This document shows, in pieces, positions 17,731-26,887 of a DNA stretch of 33,437 bases. Where the stretch lies: assembly GCA_014361165.1 (NCBI GenBank), contig JACIWD010000090.1:1-33437 (forward strand). The letters run 5' to 3'. Source of the stretch: Candidatus Mnemosynella bozhongmuii (lineage in GTDB: Archaea; Halobacteriota; Archaeoglobi; Mnemosynellales; Mnemosynellaceae). The notes under the pieces are model-generated. The model saw only the letters and a program-made list of their open reading frames with translations, was not told the DNA's origin and searched no databases. Position 1 is the stretch's first letter. The number at the start of each line of letters is the position of its first letter. The translations under genes and the position numbers were made by a program.

Positions 17731-19143
17731 TTGTTGAGGGAGGAGTGCGGGGTAGTTGGGGTTTTCAGCAGAGATTCAGAAGATGTTGCTCCTCATATCT
17801 ATTATGCTCTCTTCTCCCTCCAGCACAGGGGTCAGGAATCTGCAGGAATAGCAACTTTCGATGGCTCGAAAATAAGAATCCACAAATCCATGGGTCTTGT
17901 TTCAGAGGTTTTCAGTGAGGAGAAACTGAGGCTTCTTAAGGGAGATCGCGGTATAGGTCATGTGAGGTATTCAACAACGGGCGCATCTGTTCCAGAAAAC
18001 TCTCAGCCCCTCTCAATCTCCTTCAGAGGTGGCACAATAGCGATAGCTCACAACGGTAACATAGTGAATTCGTTAGAACTCAGGAGAGCTTTAGAAGAGG
18101 AGGGTCATGTTTTCATTTCAGAATCAGATACGGAGGTCATAGCACATCTTCTCGCAAAGGAACTTCTCAAAAAGGATGTTATCGATGCCTCGAAAGAGGT
18201 CATGAGAAGACTCACGGGCGCATATTCTCTGACCATTCTCGTGAATGATATGCTTGTTGCCCTCAGAGATCCCAATGGTTTCAAGCCCCTCTGTCTTGGC
18301 GAGGTCGATGGAAGTTACATAGTGGCCTCCGAGAGCGTCGCCATAGATGTCCTCGGAGGAAAACTCATCAGAGACATCTCACCAGGGGAGCTCCTGATAA
18401 TAGGCGATGAACTCGAGTCTCATCAGCTCGTCAGAAATCCATTCCCCTCTCTATGCGTTTTCGAGTTTGTTTATTTTGCAAGACCTGACTCGATAATTGA
18501 GGGAAAGCTCGTCTATGATGTAAGAAGAAGAATAGGGGAGAGGCTTTACCAAGAATACGGTATCGAGGGAGATATAGTCTGTGCTGTCCCGGACTCCGGA
18601 GTGACATCTGCGATAGGCTATTCTCTTGCCTCGGGAATACCCTTCATAGAGGGACTCATAAAGAATCGTTACGTCGGGAGAACCTTCATAATGCCGCATC
18701 AGAATCTCAGAGAAGTTGGGGTGAGATTGAAGCTGAATGTCGTGAAGAGGAATGTTGAGAACAAGAGGGTCATCCTTGTTGATGATTCAATAGTCAGGGG
18801 GACAACCTCAAGGAGAATAGTGCAGATGCTCAGGGAGGCCGGAGCAAAGGAAGTTCATCTGATGGTTGGCTCCCCTCCAATAATAGCTCCCTGCTATTTC
18901 GGAATAGACATGCCAACAAGAGAGGAGCTCATAGCCGCTCATAAATCCGTAGAGGGGATAAAAACACTCATAGGAGCAGACTCCGTTAACTATCTCTCTC
19001 TTAAAGGTCTTATTGAATCGGTTGGAATTTCTGAAAGAAAGCTGTGCTTAGCTTGTTTAACCTCCCAGTATCCAGTTGAGGTTCCGGGAGAGGTTTGCAT
19101 AAGAAAACAGGCAAGATTATCATATTTTCAGCACTCTCTCTAA
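17731..19143 (+). CDS. purF: Amidophosphoribosyltransferase (Ntn type with short propeptide and Fe-S cluster cysteines)
   Basis: MLREE-CGVVGV (catalytic Cys after a short propeptide), RGQESAGI, GHVRYST, VPDSG, ILVDDSIVRGTT, APCYFGIDMP, CLAC. Start is TTG 17731 (start confidence moderate). Confidence 0.88.
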   Translation: MLREECGVVGVFSRDSEDVAPHIYYALFSLQHRGQESAGIATFDGSKIRIHKSMGLVSEVFSEEKLRLLKGDRGIGHVRYSTTGASVPENSQPLSISFRGGTIAIAHNGNIVNSLELRRALEEEGHVFISESDTEVIAHLLAKELLKKDVIDASKEVMRRLTGAYSLTILVNDMLVALRDPNGFKPLCLGEVDGSYIVASESVAIDVLGGKLIRDISPGELLIIGDELESHQLVRNPFPSLCVFEFVYFARPDSIIEGKLVYDVRRRIGERLYQEYGIEGDIVCAVPDSGVTSAIGYSLASGIPFIEGLIKNRYVGRTFIMPHQNLREVGVRLKLNVVKRNVENKRVILVDDSIVRGTTSRRIVQMLREAGAKEVHLMVGSPPIIAPCYFGIDMPTREELIAAHKSVEGIKTLIGADSVNYLSLKGLIESVGISERKLCLACLTSQYPVEVPGEVCIRKQARLSYFQHSL

Positions 19144-19155
19144 AAGGATGCTCGG

Positions 19156-19170
19156 GGAAGATAAATTATT
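19156..19170 (+). promoter_or_regulatory. TATA-like box upstream of polB
   Basis: GGAAGATAAATTATT. A start site about 25 nt downstream makes ATG 19198 the first ATG of the mRNA. Confidence 0.35.
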
Positions 19171-19197
19171 TCTCTCATGCGGAGACTATCTATCTTG

Positions 19198-21507
19198 ATG
19201 AGCATCTTCAGGGGGCATCTTCTAACTCTCGATTCGATAACAGAGGGAAAATCTCCAGCAATCAGACTCTGGTGCAAGGATGAGGATGGAAAGATTCGGA
19301 TTCTGAAGGACAGATCCTTCCTTCCATACTTCTACATTCTCGGAGCTGATGAAGAGGATGTTAAGAAGATTAGGAGCTCGGAGGGAATCTCTCCTTTAAA
19401 GGCGGAGAGAGTCAAAAAGAAGTATTTCGGAAGGGAAATAGAAATCCTTAGGGTTTATGCCTCTCACCCGGGAGAGGTTCCGGTTTTGAGAAAAGTGGCC
19501 TCAAAACTCGGTTTCGAGACATTTGAAGACGACATTCCATTCCATATACGATATCTCTGGGATAAGGGGCTCGTGCCTCTGAGCGGAATTGAAGCAGAGG
19601 TCAGCGGTGATGAAGTCAAAAGAATCTCCTCTTTCAGCTCACCTCCACCGGAGCTGAAGCTTCTAGCATTCGATACAGAGGTCTACAATCCGAGGGGAAC
19701 TCCTGATCCAGAGAGAGATCCCGTAATCATCATCTCGGTTTGCACAGAAGATGGCGTTGAGGTCTTCCATGGAGAGGAGAGGAGGATAATAAGGGATTTT
19801 GTGAATTTTGTGAGAGAGAAAGATCCTGATGTGATAGCCGGATACAATCACAACTCGTTCGACATTCCCTATCTCCTCAAGAGGTGTAAAAAGCTTGGGA
19901 TCGAGCTAGCTCTCGGCAGGGATGAATCTCCTCCAAAAATCAGGAGCGCGCCTCTGCCTCACGTCACTCTGGCTGGAAGAATTGACGTCGATCTCTATCG
20001 CGTGGTTATGAGGGATGTCGGAGAGGTGAAGGTTAAGAAGCTCGAAAATGTTGCTGAGTTTCTCGGAATTCAGGAAGCTGAGGACAGGGTCATGATTCCG
20101 TCTTCGGAAATCTACCGCTACTGGCATGAGGACAGGGAGAAGCTCATAGAATATGCGAGGGATGATGCTTTGAGCACATTTAAAATGCTTGAAAAGCTCC
20201 TTCCGATTCAGATAGAATTCTCAAGACTCATAAAGTATCCTCTTGAGGATGTCAGCAAGATGGGCCGGGGAAGAATGGTGGAGATGCATCTCTGCGCTGA
20301 AGCAGTCAGAATGAACGAGCTTATACCGAAGAGAAGAGGGGAGGAAGGAGAGAGTTACACTGGAGCAGTCGTCCTTGAGCCTCTCTCCGGAATTCACGAG
20401 AAGGTCGTCCTTCTTGACTTCTCCTCAATGTATCCCTCAATCATGATCTCCTTCAACATCTCCCCCGATACCGTTGCAGAAGGTGATGAGGATGCTTACG
20501 TTGCTCCATTCGTCGGTCACAGATTCAGGAAGAGCCCTGATGGTTTCTTCAAGAGAATCCTTCTTGAACTGATTGAGAGGAGGAAAAGAATAAAAGAGGA
20601 GCTCGAAAGGAATTACGATCCTCTCAAGGATGTTGAGCAGCAGACTCTGAAAATCCTCACGAACTCATTCTATGGCTATACCGGCTGGTCTTCAGCAAGA
20701 TGGTATCGCAGGGAGTGTGCTGAAGCAACAACTGCATGGGGCAGATATTTCATTCTGAAGGCTGTTGAAATAGCCAACTCAATGGGTCTTCAGGTGATAT
20801 ACGGAGATACAGACTCTCTCTTCGTGAAATCGGATGGAGATGTTCTTGAGAGAGCCAGAGAGCTCTCTGAAAAGGTTTCGGAGCAGATTCCTCTTGAGCT
20901 GGACGTTGAGGCTCTCTTCGAAACAATATTCTTCACGGGAAAGAAAAAGAGATATGCCGGTCTCACTTCAGAGGGAAAAATCATTGTCAGAGGTCTCGAG
21001 GTCAGGAGAGGGGACTGGTGCGATTTGGCAAGGGAGATTCAGATGAAGGTTATAGAGATAATACTGAAGGAGAAGAGAGTTGATAAAGCTGTGGAGTATG
21101 TCAGAGAGGTGATAGGAAAGCTGAAAAATGGGGAGATTCCTGTTGAGAAGCTCGTCATAGCGAAGACTTTAACAAAGAAGCCCTCTAGATATGAGGCATC
21201 CCAGCCTCATGTTGTTTCGGCCATGAAGGCAAAGAGATACGGAATTGAATACCGCGTGGGCGATAAGGTTCCCTATGTCATTCTTTCCGGTTCGGGAAGT
21301 GTTAGCGAGAGGGCCGAACCCTTCGAGATTCTATCCTTCAATGGTCTTAAGACCAGAGCAAGGGATGAAGAGCTTGGAGAGATTGATGTTGATTACTATG
21401 TGGAGAATCAGATAGTTCCGGCAGTTCTGAGAGTTCTCTCCCTCTTCGGAGTAACCGAGAGGGATTTTCATTCCGGTTCTCAGAGCACTCTCGAAGATTT
21501 CCTTTAA
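19198..21507 (+). CDS. polB: Family B DNA polymerase (no intein)
   Basis: Exo motifs LAFDTEV, YNHNSFDIPYL, YARDDA. Pol motifs DFSSMYPSIM, KILTNSFYGYTG, YGDTDS. ATG 19198 gives 22 aa before RLWCKD, which fits my recollection of the A. fulgidus PolB N-terminus. The track ORF starts at 19177. Confidence 0.92.
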   Translation: MSIFRGHLLTLDSITEGKSPAIRLWCKDEDGKIRILKDRSFLPYFYILGADEEDVKKIRSSEGISPLKAERVKKKYFGREIEILRVYASHPGEVPVLRKVASKLGFETFEDDIPFHIRYLWDKGLVPLSGIEAEVSGDEVKRISSFSSPPPELKLLAFDTEVYNPRGTPDPERDPVIIISVCTEDGVEVFHGEERRIIRDFVNFVREKDPDVIAGYNHNSFDIPYLLKRCKKLGIELALGRDESPPKIRSAPLPHVTLAGRIDVDLYRVVMRDVGEVKVKKLENVAEFLGIQEAEDRVMIPSSEIYRYWHEDREKLIEYARDDALSTFKMLEKLLPIQIEFSRLIKYPLEDVSKMGRGRMVEMHLCAEAVRMNELIPKRRGEEGESYTGAVVLEPLSGIHEKVVLLDFSSMYPSIMISFNISPDTVAEGDEDAYVAPFVGHRFRKSPDGFFKRILLELIERRKRIKEELERNYDPLKDVEQQTLKILTNSFYGYTGWSSARWYRRECAEATTAWGRYFILKAVEIANSMGLQVIYGDTDSLFVKSDGDVLERARELSEKVSEQIPLELDVEALFETIFFTGKKKRYAGLTSEGKIIVRGLEVRRGDWCDLAREIQMKVIEIILKEKRVDKAVEYVREVIGKLKNGEIPVEKLVIAKTLTKKPSRYEASQPHVVSAMKAKRYGIEYRVGDKVPYVILSGSGSVSERAEPFEILSFNGLKTRARDEELGEIDVDYYVENQIVPAVLRVLSLFGVTERDFHSGSQSTLEDFL

Positions 21508-21518
21508 GGTGATCTCTC

Positions 21519-22208
21519 ATGTCCTCAGAAGTTCTAATAGAGCTAAGAGATGTTCACAAATTTTATGAACTGGGGAAGGTAAAGCTCCATGTTCTTAGGG
21601 GAATAAATCTTGAGATTTATTCAGGTGAGCTCACCTCGATAATGGGTCCTTCGGGCAGCGGAAAATCGACTCTGATGCATCTTATGGGATGTCTTGACCG
21701 TCCGAGTAGCGGAGAGGTCATAATCTCTGGTGTGAAGACCAACGAGCTCGGTGACAAGGAGCTCTCAAGAATAAGAAGGGAGACCATAGGCTTTGTATTT
21801 CAGTCCTTCAATCTCATCCCAAGATTTTCTGCTTTAAAGAATGTGGAACTTCCGATGGTTTTCAGTGGAATTCCGAGAGAGGAGAGGGTGAGGAGGGCAA
21901 GAGAGCTTCTCGAAAGGGTTGGCCTCTCTGAAAGAATTCATCACAAGCCTACTGAGATGAGCGGAGGGGAACAGCAGAGAGTTGCAATTGCGAGAGCCCT
22001 TGTGAACAATCCGAGAGTCATTCTCGCTGATGAACCAACGGGAAATCTTGATACAGCAACAGGAGAGGGAATCATGAAGCTCTTCGAGGAGATGAACCGG
22101 GATGGTCTCACCATAGTGATTGTGACGCATGATCCAGAGATTGCGGAAAGAACGAAAAGAATTATAAGAATAAGGGACGGAGTCATCGAGAGGGAGGAAA
22201 GAAGATGA
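21519..22208 (+). CDS. ABC transporter ATP-binding protein, MacB/LolD/FtsE-like
   Basis: Walker A GPSGSGKST, Q-loop, signature MSGGEQQRVAIARAL, Walker B ILADEPTGNLD, H-loop VTHD. Confidence 0.9.
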   Translation: MSSEVLIELRDVHKFYELGKVKLHVLRGINLEIYSGELTSIMGPSGSGKSTLMHLMGCLDRPSSGEVIISGVKTNELGDKELSRIRRETIGFVFQSFNLIPRFSALKNVELPMVFSGIPREERVRRARELLERVGLSERIHHKPTEMSGGEQQRVAIARALVNNPRVILADEPTGNLDTATGEGIMKLFEEMNRDGLTIVIVTHDPEIAERTKRIIRIRDGVIEREERR

Positions 22209-23332
22209 ACTGGAAAGGAATTCTTCTCGCTGTTCTCATCATCTCGTCTCTTTTAACCCTCTCATCCGCTCAGCAGAGCACAATCTCGGTTGTGAGCTAT
22301 TCCATCTCTCCAGAAGTTCTCATGCCCGGAGACAGCGGAATACTTCAGATAACCCTCAGGAACACCGGAAGCACTCCTCTGAAAATCACGGGAGCATCCC
22401 TTTATGGAGGCGTCCTGAAGAGCGGTTATGTGAATTATCAGCACATAGGGTGGATTGGAGCTCAGGAGACCATTACACTGAGCTTTCCTGTAAGAGCCGG
22501 AGAGGTCTCAGATGGAGTTTATTATCCCCAGATTGTAATCTCCGTTGAGGGTGGAGAGAGCTTTGTTTTCCCAATCCCTGTTAAGGTGGACTCCTCTCCT
22601 CTGGAACTCCATCTCTCCGACATCTCCTCCAGCGCACCATTCTCAATCGTTCGAAATGAACTCACAGAACTCTCTCTTGAGCTCGTGAATCCGAGAGACA
22701 ACACCATTGAGTCAATCACAATCATTCCAGAAATCCAGAATGCTGAAGTTCTTCCAGAGAGAGTTTTCGTGGGAGCACTCGATGGACACTCCTCTGAAAC
22801 CATCAGCTTCAGGATGAGAGCCGGTGAGAGCTTCTCGGAGGAATCTTTGAAATTCAGGGTTCATTACAGAAACGGGGAGAATGAGCACGAAATTCTTTTT
22901 GAATTTCCTGTGAAGGTTCTCTCCTCATCCTCCTCACTGAAACTCATACCCGTTGAGACGAAAATCACAGGAAGTCCTTCAGAGGAGATCTCGATTGAGC
23001 TTGACGTTGCAAATTCTCTGAATTCCGAGGTCTCTTCAGTCACCGTGATAGCTCTCAGCGAGAAACTCTCTCCGAGGGAATATTACATAGGGAAGATGAA
23101 TCCAGATGACGTTTTTACTGCTGGCTTCAGAGTTCGCGGGAACGAGATAAATGGAAGCGAGAGCTTCAGATTCATAGCCAGATATGTTGAGAACGGAATT
23201 CAGAAGGAGACGTCTCCAGTTGAGGTCACAGTGACGATAAGAGCTGAGGGAACTTCAACCTCTCCTCTCCTCTATGCGGCACCTCTTCTGGCTATTCTCA
23301 TCCTTGCATTCTATCTCAGGAGAAGGAAGTGA
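22205..23332 (+). CDS. Membrane-anchored extracytoplasmic protein with three Ig-like (CARDB/COG1361-type) repeats
   Basis: ATGA overlap with the ATPase gene. Signal or anchor ILLAVLIISSLLTLSSA. Three repeats of a beta-rich module (...GILQITLRNTGSTPLKIT.., ..LSLELVNPRDNTIESITI.., ..ISIELDVANSLNSEVSSVTV..). C-terminal TM followed by RRRK. Confidence 0.6.
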   Translation: MNWKGILLAVLIISSLLTLSSAQQSTISVVSYSISPEVLMPGDSGILQITLRNTGSTPLKITGASLYGGVLKSGYVNYQHIGWIGAQETITLSFPVRAGEVSDGVYYPQIVISVEGGESFVFPIPVKVDSSPLELHLSDISSSAPFSIVRNELTELSLELVNPRDNTIESITIIPEIQNAEVLPERVFVGALDGHSSETISFRMRAGESFSEESLKFRVHYRNGENEHEILFEFPVKVLSSSSSLKLIPVETKITGSPSEEISIELDVANSLNSEVSSVTVIALSEKLSPREYYIGKMNPDDVFTAGFRVRGNEINGSESFRFIARYVENGIQKETSPVEVTVTIRAEGTSTSPLLYAAPLLAILILAFYLRRRK

Positions 23333-23333
23333 G

Positions 23334-24542
23334 ATGGATCCGATTGAAGTTCTCAGAATGTCCATCGAGAATCTGAGAAGCGTTAAGGTCAGAACATCTC
23401 TAACAGCTCTCGGAATCATCATAGGCGTTGCCGCAGTCATCGCAAATGTTGCAGTGGGAAGTGGATTTCAAGTATATCTCAACGAGCAGATGATGGAAAT
23501 GGGAACGAACTTTGTTATAGTCTTGGAGAAGATTTCAGGTGTTCTCGATGACGAAGAGCTGAGGTGGATTGAAAGGCTTCCCGAAGTGGAGAGCGTCACA
23601 CCTCTTAAATACACCGGTGCAAAAATGAGTTACCTCTCTGAGAGCGTTACAGTTAGCGTCGCTGGAGTGACATCTGATTATCTGAGCGTTGCCAAAATTG
23701 AAATGCTCGAAGGAAGTTTCATAAATGAAAGGAGCAGATATTCCGCTGTTCTCGGGTATGATGTTGCTCATGAGTATTTCAGAAAGGAGATCTCAGTTGG
23801 AAGTTCTGTGAAGCTGTCTATAGCTCTTCCGGATGGAAGGACAGTTGAGAGGGATTTCAGGGTGATTGGGATAATAGATAAGAAGGCGACGATAGTTGGA
23901 GGCGCCTTCAATCCGAATGATCTTGTTATAATTCCTGTCTCCACTCTTAATGAAATTCTCGGAGAGGAGGATTACAGCTCTATCATGATCTCTGCGGAAA
24001 GCATGGAGGTTGTTGGAGATCTGAAGGAGAAGATAGATGAGCATCTTGCCCAGAAAACAGGTGTACCGAGAAGCGATCGTGGAGATGAGAGGAAGAAAGC
24101 CTATACCATAGTCACACAGGAAGAAATTCTGGAAAGAGTGAATCAGATGATCGGAACCTTCTCAAGCGTTCTGGTCTCAATTGCAGCAGTATCTCTCCTC
24201 GTCGGTTCAATAGGGATTATGAACATCATGCTCGTGAGCGTTACAGAGAGGACGAGGGAGATAGGGGTTCTGAAAGCAATAGGTGCAACAAAAGCAAACA
24301 TCCTCCTCATCTTCCTCTCAGAAAGCTCTCTTCTCAGCCTATTCGGAGGCTCTGTTGGCATAGTGCTGGGAGCTCTCCTCTCCAGATTATTTTCCCGCTG
24401 GATCGAGGTGGCTCCGGTGATATCCTATGAGTGGATCCTTCTTGGCATGGGAGTCTCAATTTCAGTCGGAATCCTCGCGGGTCTATATCCAGCATACAAG
24501 GCAGCGCAGATGGACCCTGTTGAGGCACTCAGATATGAGTGA
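23334..24542 (+). CDS. ABC transporter permease, MacB/FtsX type with a large extracytoplasmic domain
   Basis: ATG 23334 is 1 nt after the preceding stop. N-terminus RSVKVRTSLTALGIIIGVAAV, then about 230 aa of extracytoplasmic sequence. C-terminal FtsX module (ERTREIGVLKAIGATK...) with 3 TMs. Confidence 0.85.
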   Translation: MDPIEVLRMSIENLRSVKVRTSLTALGIIIGVAAVIANVAVGSGFQVYLNEQMMEMGTNFVIVLEKISGVLDDEELRWIERLPEVESVTPLKYTGAKMSYLSESVTVSVAGVTSDYLSVAKIEMLEGSFINERSRYSAVLGYDVAHEYFRKEISVGSSVKLSIALPDGRTVERDFRVIGIIDKKATIVGGAFNPNDLVIIPVSTLNEILGEEDYSSIMISAESMEVVGDLKEKIDEHLAQKTGVPRSDRGDERKKAYTIVTQEEILERVNQMIGTFSSVLVSIAAVSLLVGSIGIMNIMLVSVTERTREIGVLKAIGATKANILLIFLSESSLLSLFGGSVGIVLGALLSRLFSRWIEVAPVISYEWILLGMGVSISVGILAGLYPAYKAAQMDPVEALRYE

Positions 24543-25272
24543 GTCCCTCAATCCTCTCCTTAATCTCCCTGACAGCCTCTTTAAGAGTCTCGCTGACCTC
24601 GAATGGAGGCTCTCCACGAATGTCAGCCTCTCTGATCCTCTCATCATAAGGAATTGAACCTACGAGCGGAATCTCTCCGAGAAGCCTTCTGATCTCTTCC
24701 TCCTCACCTTTCGATTTGTTAAGAATTGCAAAGAGATTCTTTATCCCGAGATCTTCAGAAAGCTTTTTTATCCTTCTTGCAGTTTCGACAGCCTTAAGAC
24801 TGGGCTCAAGAACAACGAGGAGGACATCAACATTTTTCGCCGTCCCTCTCCCAAGATGCTCAATGCCAGCCTCCATGTCAAGAATCACAACATCCTCTCT
24901 CACCAAAACATGCTTGAGAAATGCTCTCAGAAATGCACTTTCTGGACAGAAGCATCCGCTTCCACCCTTCTCGATGGTTCCGAGGACAAGAAGAGTGACA
25001 CCTCTTGAAGAGACGCCAAAGCGCTCTACAATGTCATCAACCTTTGGATTGACTCTGAACACACCATCAGCTATTTCAGTTCTCTCCCTGATGAGAGGCA
25101 GCTTGCTCAGCGGAGGAGGCTCTCTCTCCATTCCGAGAACATCACTGAGATTTGAATCTGGATCAGCGTCAATTGCTATGACCTTTCTCCCCTCTTCAGC
25201 ATAGAGAACTGCAAGAGTTCCAGCCAGGGTACTCTTTCCAACTCCTCCCTTTCCGCTTACAGCTATCTTCAT
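24529..25272 (-). CDS. cooC: CooC/AcsF-like P-loop NTPase (nickel-insertion accessory family, MinD/Mrp superfamily)
   Basis: Deviant Walker A SGKGGVGKST, DADPDSNL, and a CxC metal motif (GSGCFCPE) characteristic of CooC. Confidence 0.72.
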   Translation of the reverse strand: MKIAVSGKGGVGKSTLAGTLAVLYAEEGRKVIAIDADPDSNLSDVLGMEREPPPLSKLPLIRERTEIADGVFRVNPKVDDIVERFGVSSRGVTLLVLGTIEKGGSGCFCPESAFLRAFLKHVLVREDVVILDMEAGIEHLGRGTAKNVDVLLVVLEPSLKAVETARRIKKLSEDLGIKNLFAILNKSKGEEEEIRRLLGEIPLVGSIPYDERIREADIRGEPPFEVSETLKEAVREIKERIEGLTHI

Positions 25273-25814
25273 GGAAGCTCCCTGTAATCCATCTCCATCT
25301 GCTTTAACTCTCTCCTCATCTTCTCAAGATATGCGTAAACAGCTCCGTGAGGAGCTCCATCAATAAGCATCATGATCCCCCTCTTTGCAACCTGAATCTG
25401 CTCGGGATAACCTATGATTGCGACCGTTTTCCCATAGATTGAGATCAGAGCTCCTGTCATCTCTTCAAAAATCTCTCTTGTCCTTCCACCTCTCCCTATT
25501 ATCCTTCCCTTTATCCTCTCAAGATCATTCCTGTTTCTCGCATATTCCGAGAGATCTATGATATCGAGGGAGATCATTTCATCCTCAAGAAGCTTGAAGG
25601 CTCTCTCAGGTGAGAAGCCTCTTCCAATTGCTCTTATTATATTCATCGCTCTCAAAACCTCTGCGGGATCCTCGTATGAGACAACCTGCACCTCTCCTGT
25701 TTCTGAGTCCACCTCAATCTTCACTCTGGTTCTCTCCTCTATCGCTCTTTTCGTCTCCCCGCCCTTGCCTATGAGCACTCCAACCCTTTCAAGGGGAATT
25801 CTCAGATATGTCAT
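25269..25814 (-). CDS. KH-domain RNA-binding protein (archaeal Dim2/Pno1 homologue)
   Basis: Two KH modules with GxxG loops (IGKGGETKRAIEE; IGRGGRTREIFEE). ATGA overlaps on both sides. Confidence 0.75.
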   Translation of the reverse strand: MTYLRIPLERVGVLIGKGGETKRAIEERTRVKIEVDSETGEVQVVSYEDPAEVLRAMNIIRAIGRGFSPERAFKLLEDEMISLDIIDLSEYARNRNDLERIKGRIIGRGGRTREIFEEMTGALISIYGKTVAIIGYPEQIQVAKRGIMMLIDGAPHGAVYAYLEKMRRELKQMEMDYRELP

Positions 25815-26578
25815 GATAATACCTCGCGAAGAGTTCTTTCAGTGTCAACCTCTATACCAAACTTCCTGAAATATCTGCTCATGTTTTCAATATCCCTTTT
25901 CAGAAATTCCATCGCTCTTGGATGCCTTTTGTGAACCGCCTGACCGAAGTCAATCAGAATGACCTCATCATGAAGGAGGATGTTGTATTCAGAAACATCT
26001 CCGTGAACGAGATCACCGTTTTTGTAAAGCCTTCTGATGTACTCAAGAACTGTTGAGCAGATCTCCTCCATCTCCTCCTTCTCAAGCTCATCCTCAACAT
26101 CCTTCAATCTCGGAGCTGGCTCCTCGTCCTCTCCTATGAACTCCATAACGAGAACATTGCTGTCAACCGCAAGAGCCCTCGGAGCTCTGACACCGCTCTC
26201 TTCAGCAATCTTCAGGTTTCTGAACTCCTTCTTCGCCCATGCCATCACAATGCTCCTTCTATCCCTCTTCACCTTGAGAAATCTCGGATCTCCTTCAATA
26301 TATTCATACATGTTTCTGAAATCAGATGTGTAGGTCATGTAAATCTTCACAGCGACCTCTTCACCATTTTTCAGGGCATGAAGAACATTCGCTTCTTTTC
26401 CGCTGCTTATAACACCGCCGAGAGCTTTTATGAATCCCTTTTTCGAGAGCCTGTAAAGGGCCATGAGGGTTGTTCTGTCAAAAATCTCGCTGTAAACCTT
26501 GAATTCATCAGAATCGAGAATCTTCATTCTGAGTTTGTCTATCTCTTCCTCAAGTCTTCTGAGATCTTCCTCTCTCAT
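25811..26578 (-). CDS. rio1: RIO-type serine/threonine kinase/ATPase Rio1
   Basis: [34 protein letters not shown]. No N-terminal winged helix, hence Rio1 rather than Rio2. Confidence 0.88.
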   Translation of the reverse strand: MREEDLRRLEEEIDKLRMKILDSDEFKVYSEIFDRTTLMALYRLSKKGFIKALGGVISSGKEANVLHALKNGEEVAVKIYMTYTSDFRNMYEYIEGDPRFLKVKRDRRSIVMAWAKKEFRNLKIAEESGVRAPRALAVDSNVLVMEFIGEDEEPAPRLKDVEDELEKEEMEEICSTVLEYIRRLYKNGDLVHGDVSEYNILLHDEVILIDFGQAVHKRHPRAMEFLKRDIENMSRYFRKFGIEVDTERTLREVLS

Positions 26579-26886
26579 CTCATACCCTCTTTGAGATATC
26601 CCTTGCGTTCAAGCCATGACACCTGAGGTTCAGTGTATCTCCAGATGACATCTGCTTTCTCATCCTGAAATGACCAGGGAACAACTATCACAACATCTCC
26701 CTCTCTTATCCATATCTTCCTTCTCATCTTCCCCGGTATCCTCGCCATCCTTGTTTTACCGTCGAGACACCTGACAACTATGTGATTTGCTCCGAGCATA
26801 CTCTCAACTATGCCAAGAATCTCACCCTTCTTGGGATCAGGTATCCTTACTCGAAGAACTTCCTCTCCACCTTCACTATCTCTCAG
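26575..26886 (-). CDS. eif1a: Translation initiation factor aIF-1A; 5' boundary unresolved (no canonical start codon upstream of the conserved N-terminal region)
   Basis: OB-fold core [42 protein letters not shown]...DVIWRYT. The frame stays open upstream to TGA 26904-26902 and encodes [34 protein letters not shown]. 26886 is the in-frame CTG; the only ATG is at 26799. Confidence 0.8.
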   Translation of the reverse strand: MRDSEGGEEVLRVRIPDPKKGEILGIVESMLGANHIVVRCLDGKTRMARIPGKMRRKIWIREGDVVIVVPWSFQDEKADVIWRYTEPQVSWLERKGYLKEGMR

Positions 26887-26887
26887 C

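Noticed and set aside
17724-17918. An alternative-frame ORF (64 aa, GTG 17724) overlapping the purF start.
   Set aside because: The PurF frame gives the canonical propeptide-Cys-GVVGV N-terminus. The alternative frame has no similarity and would truncate purF.
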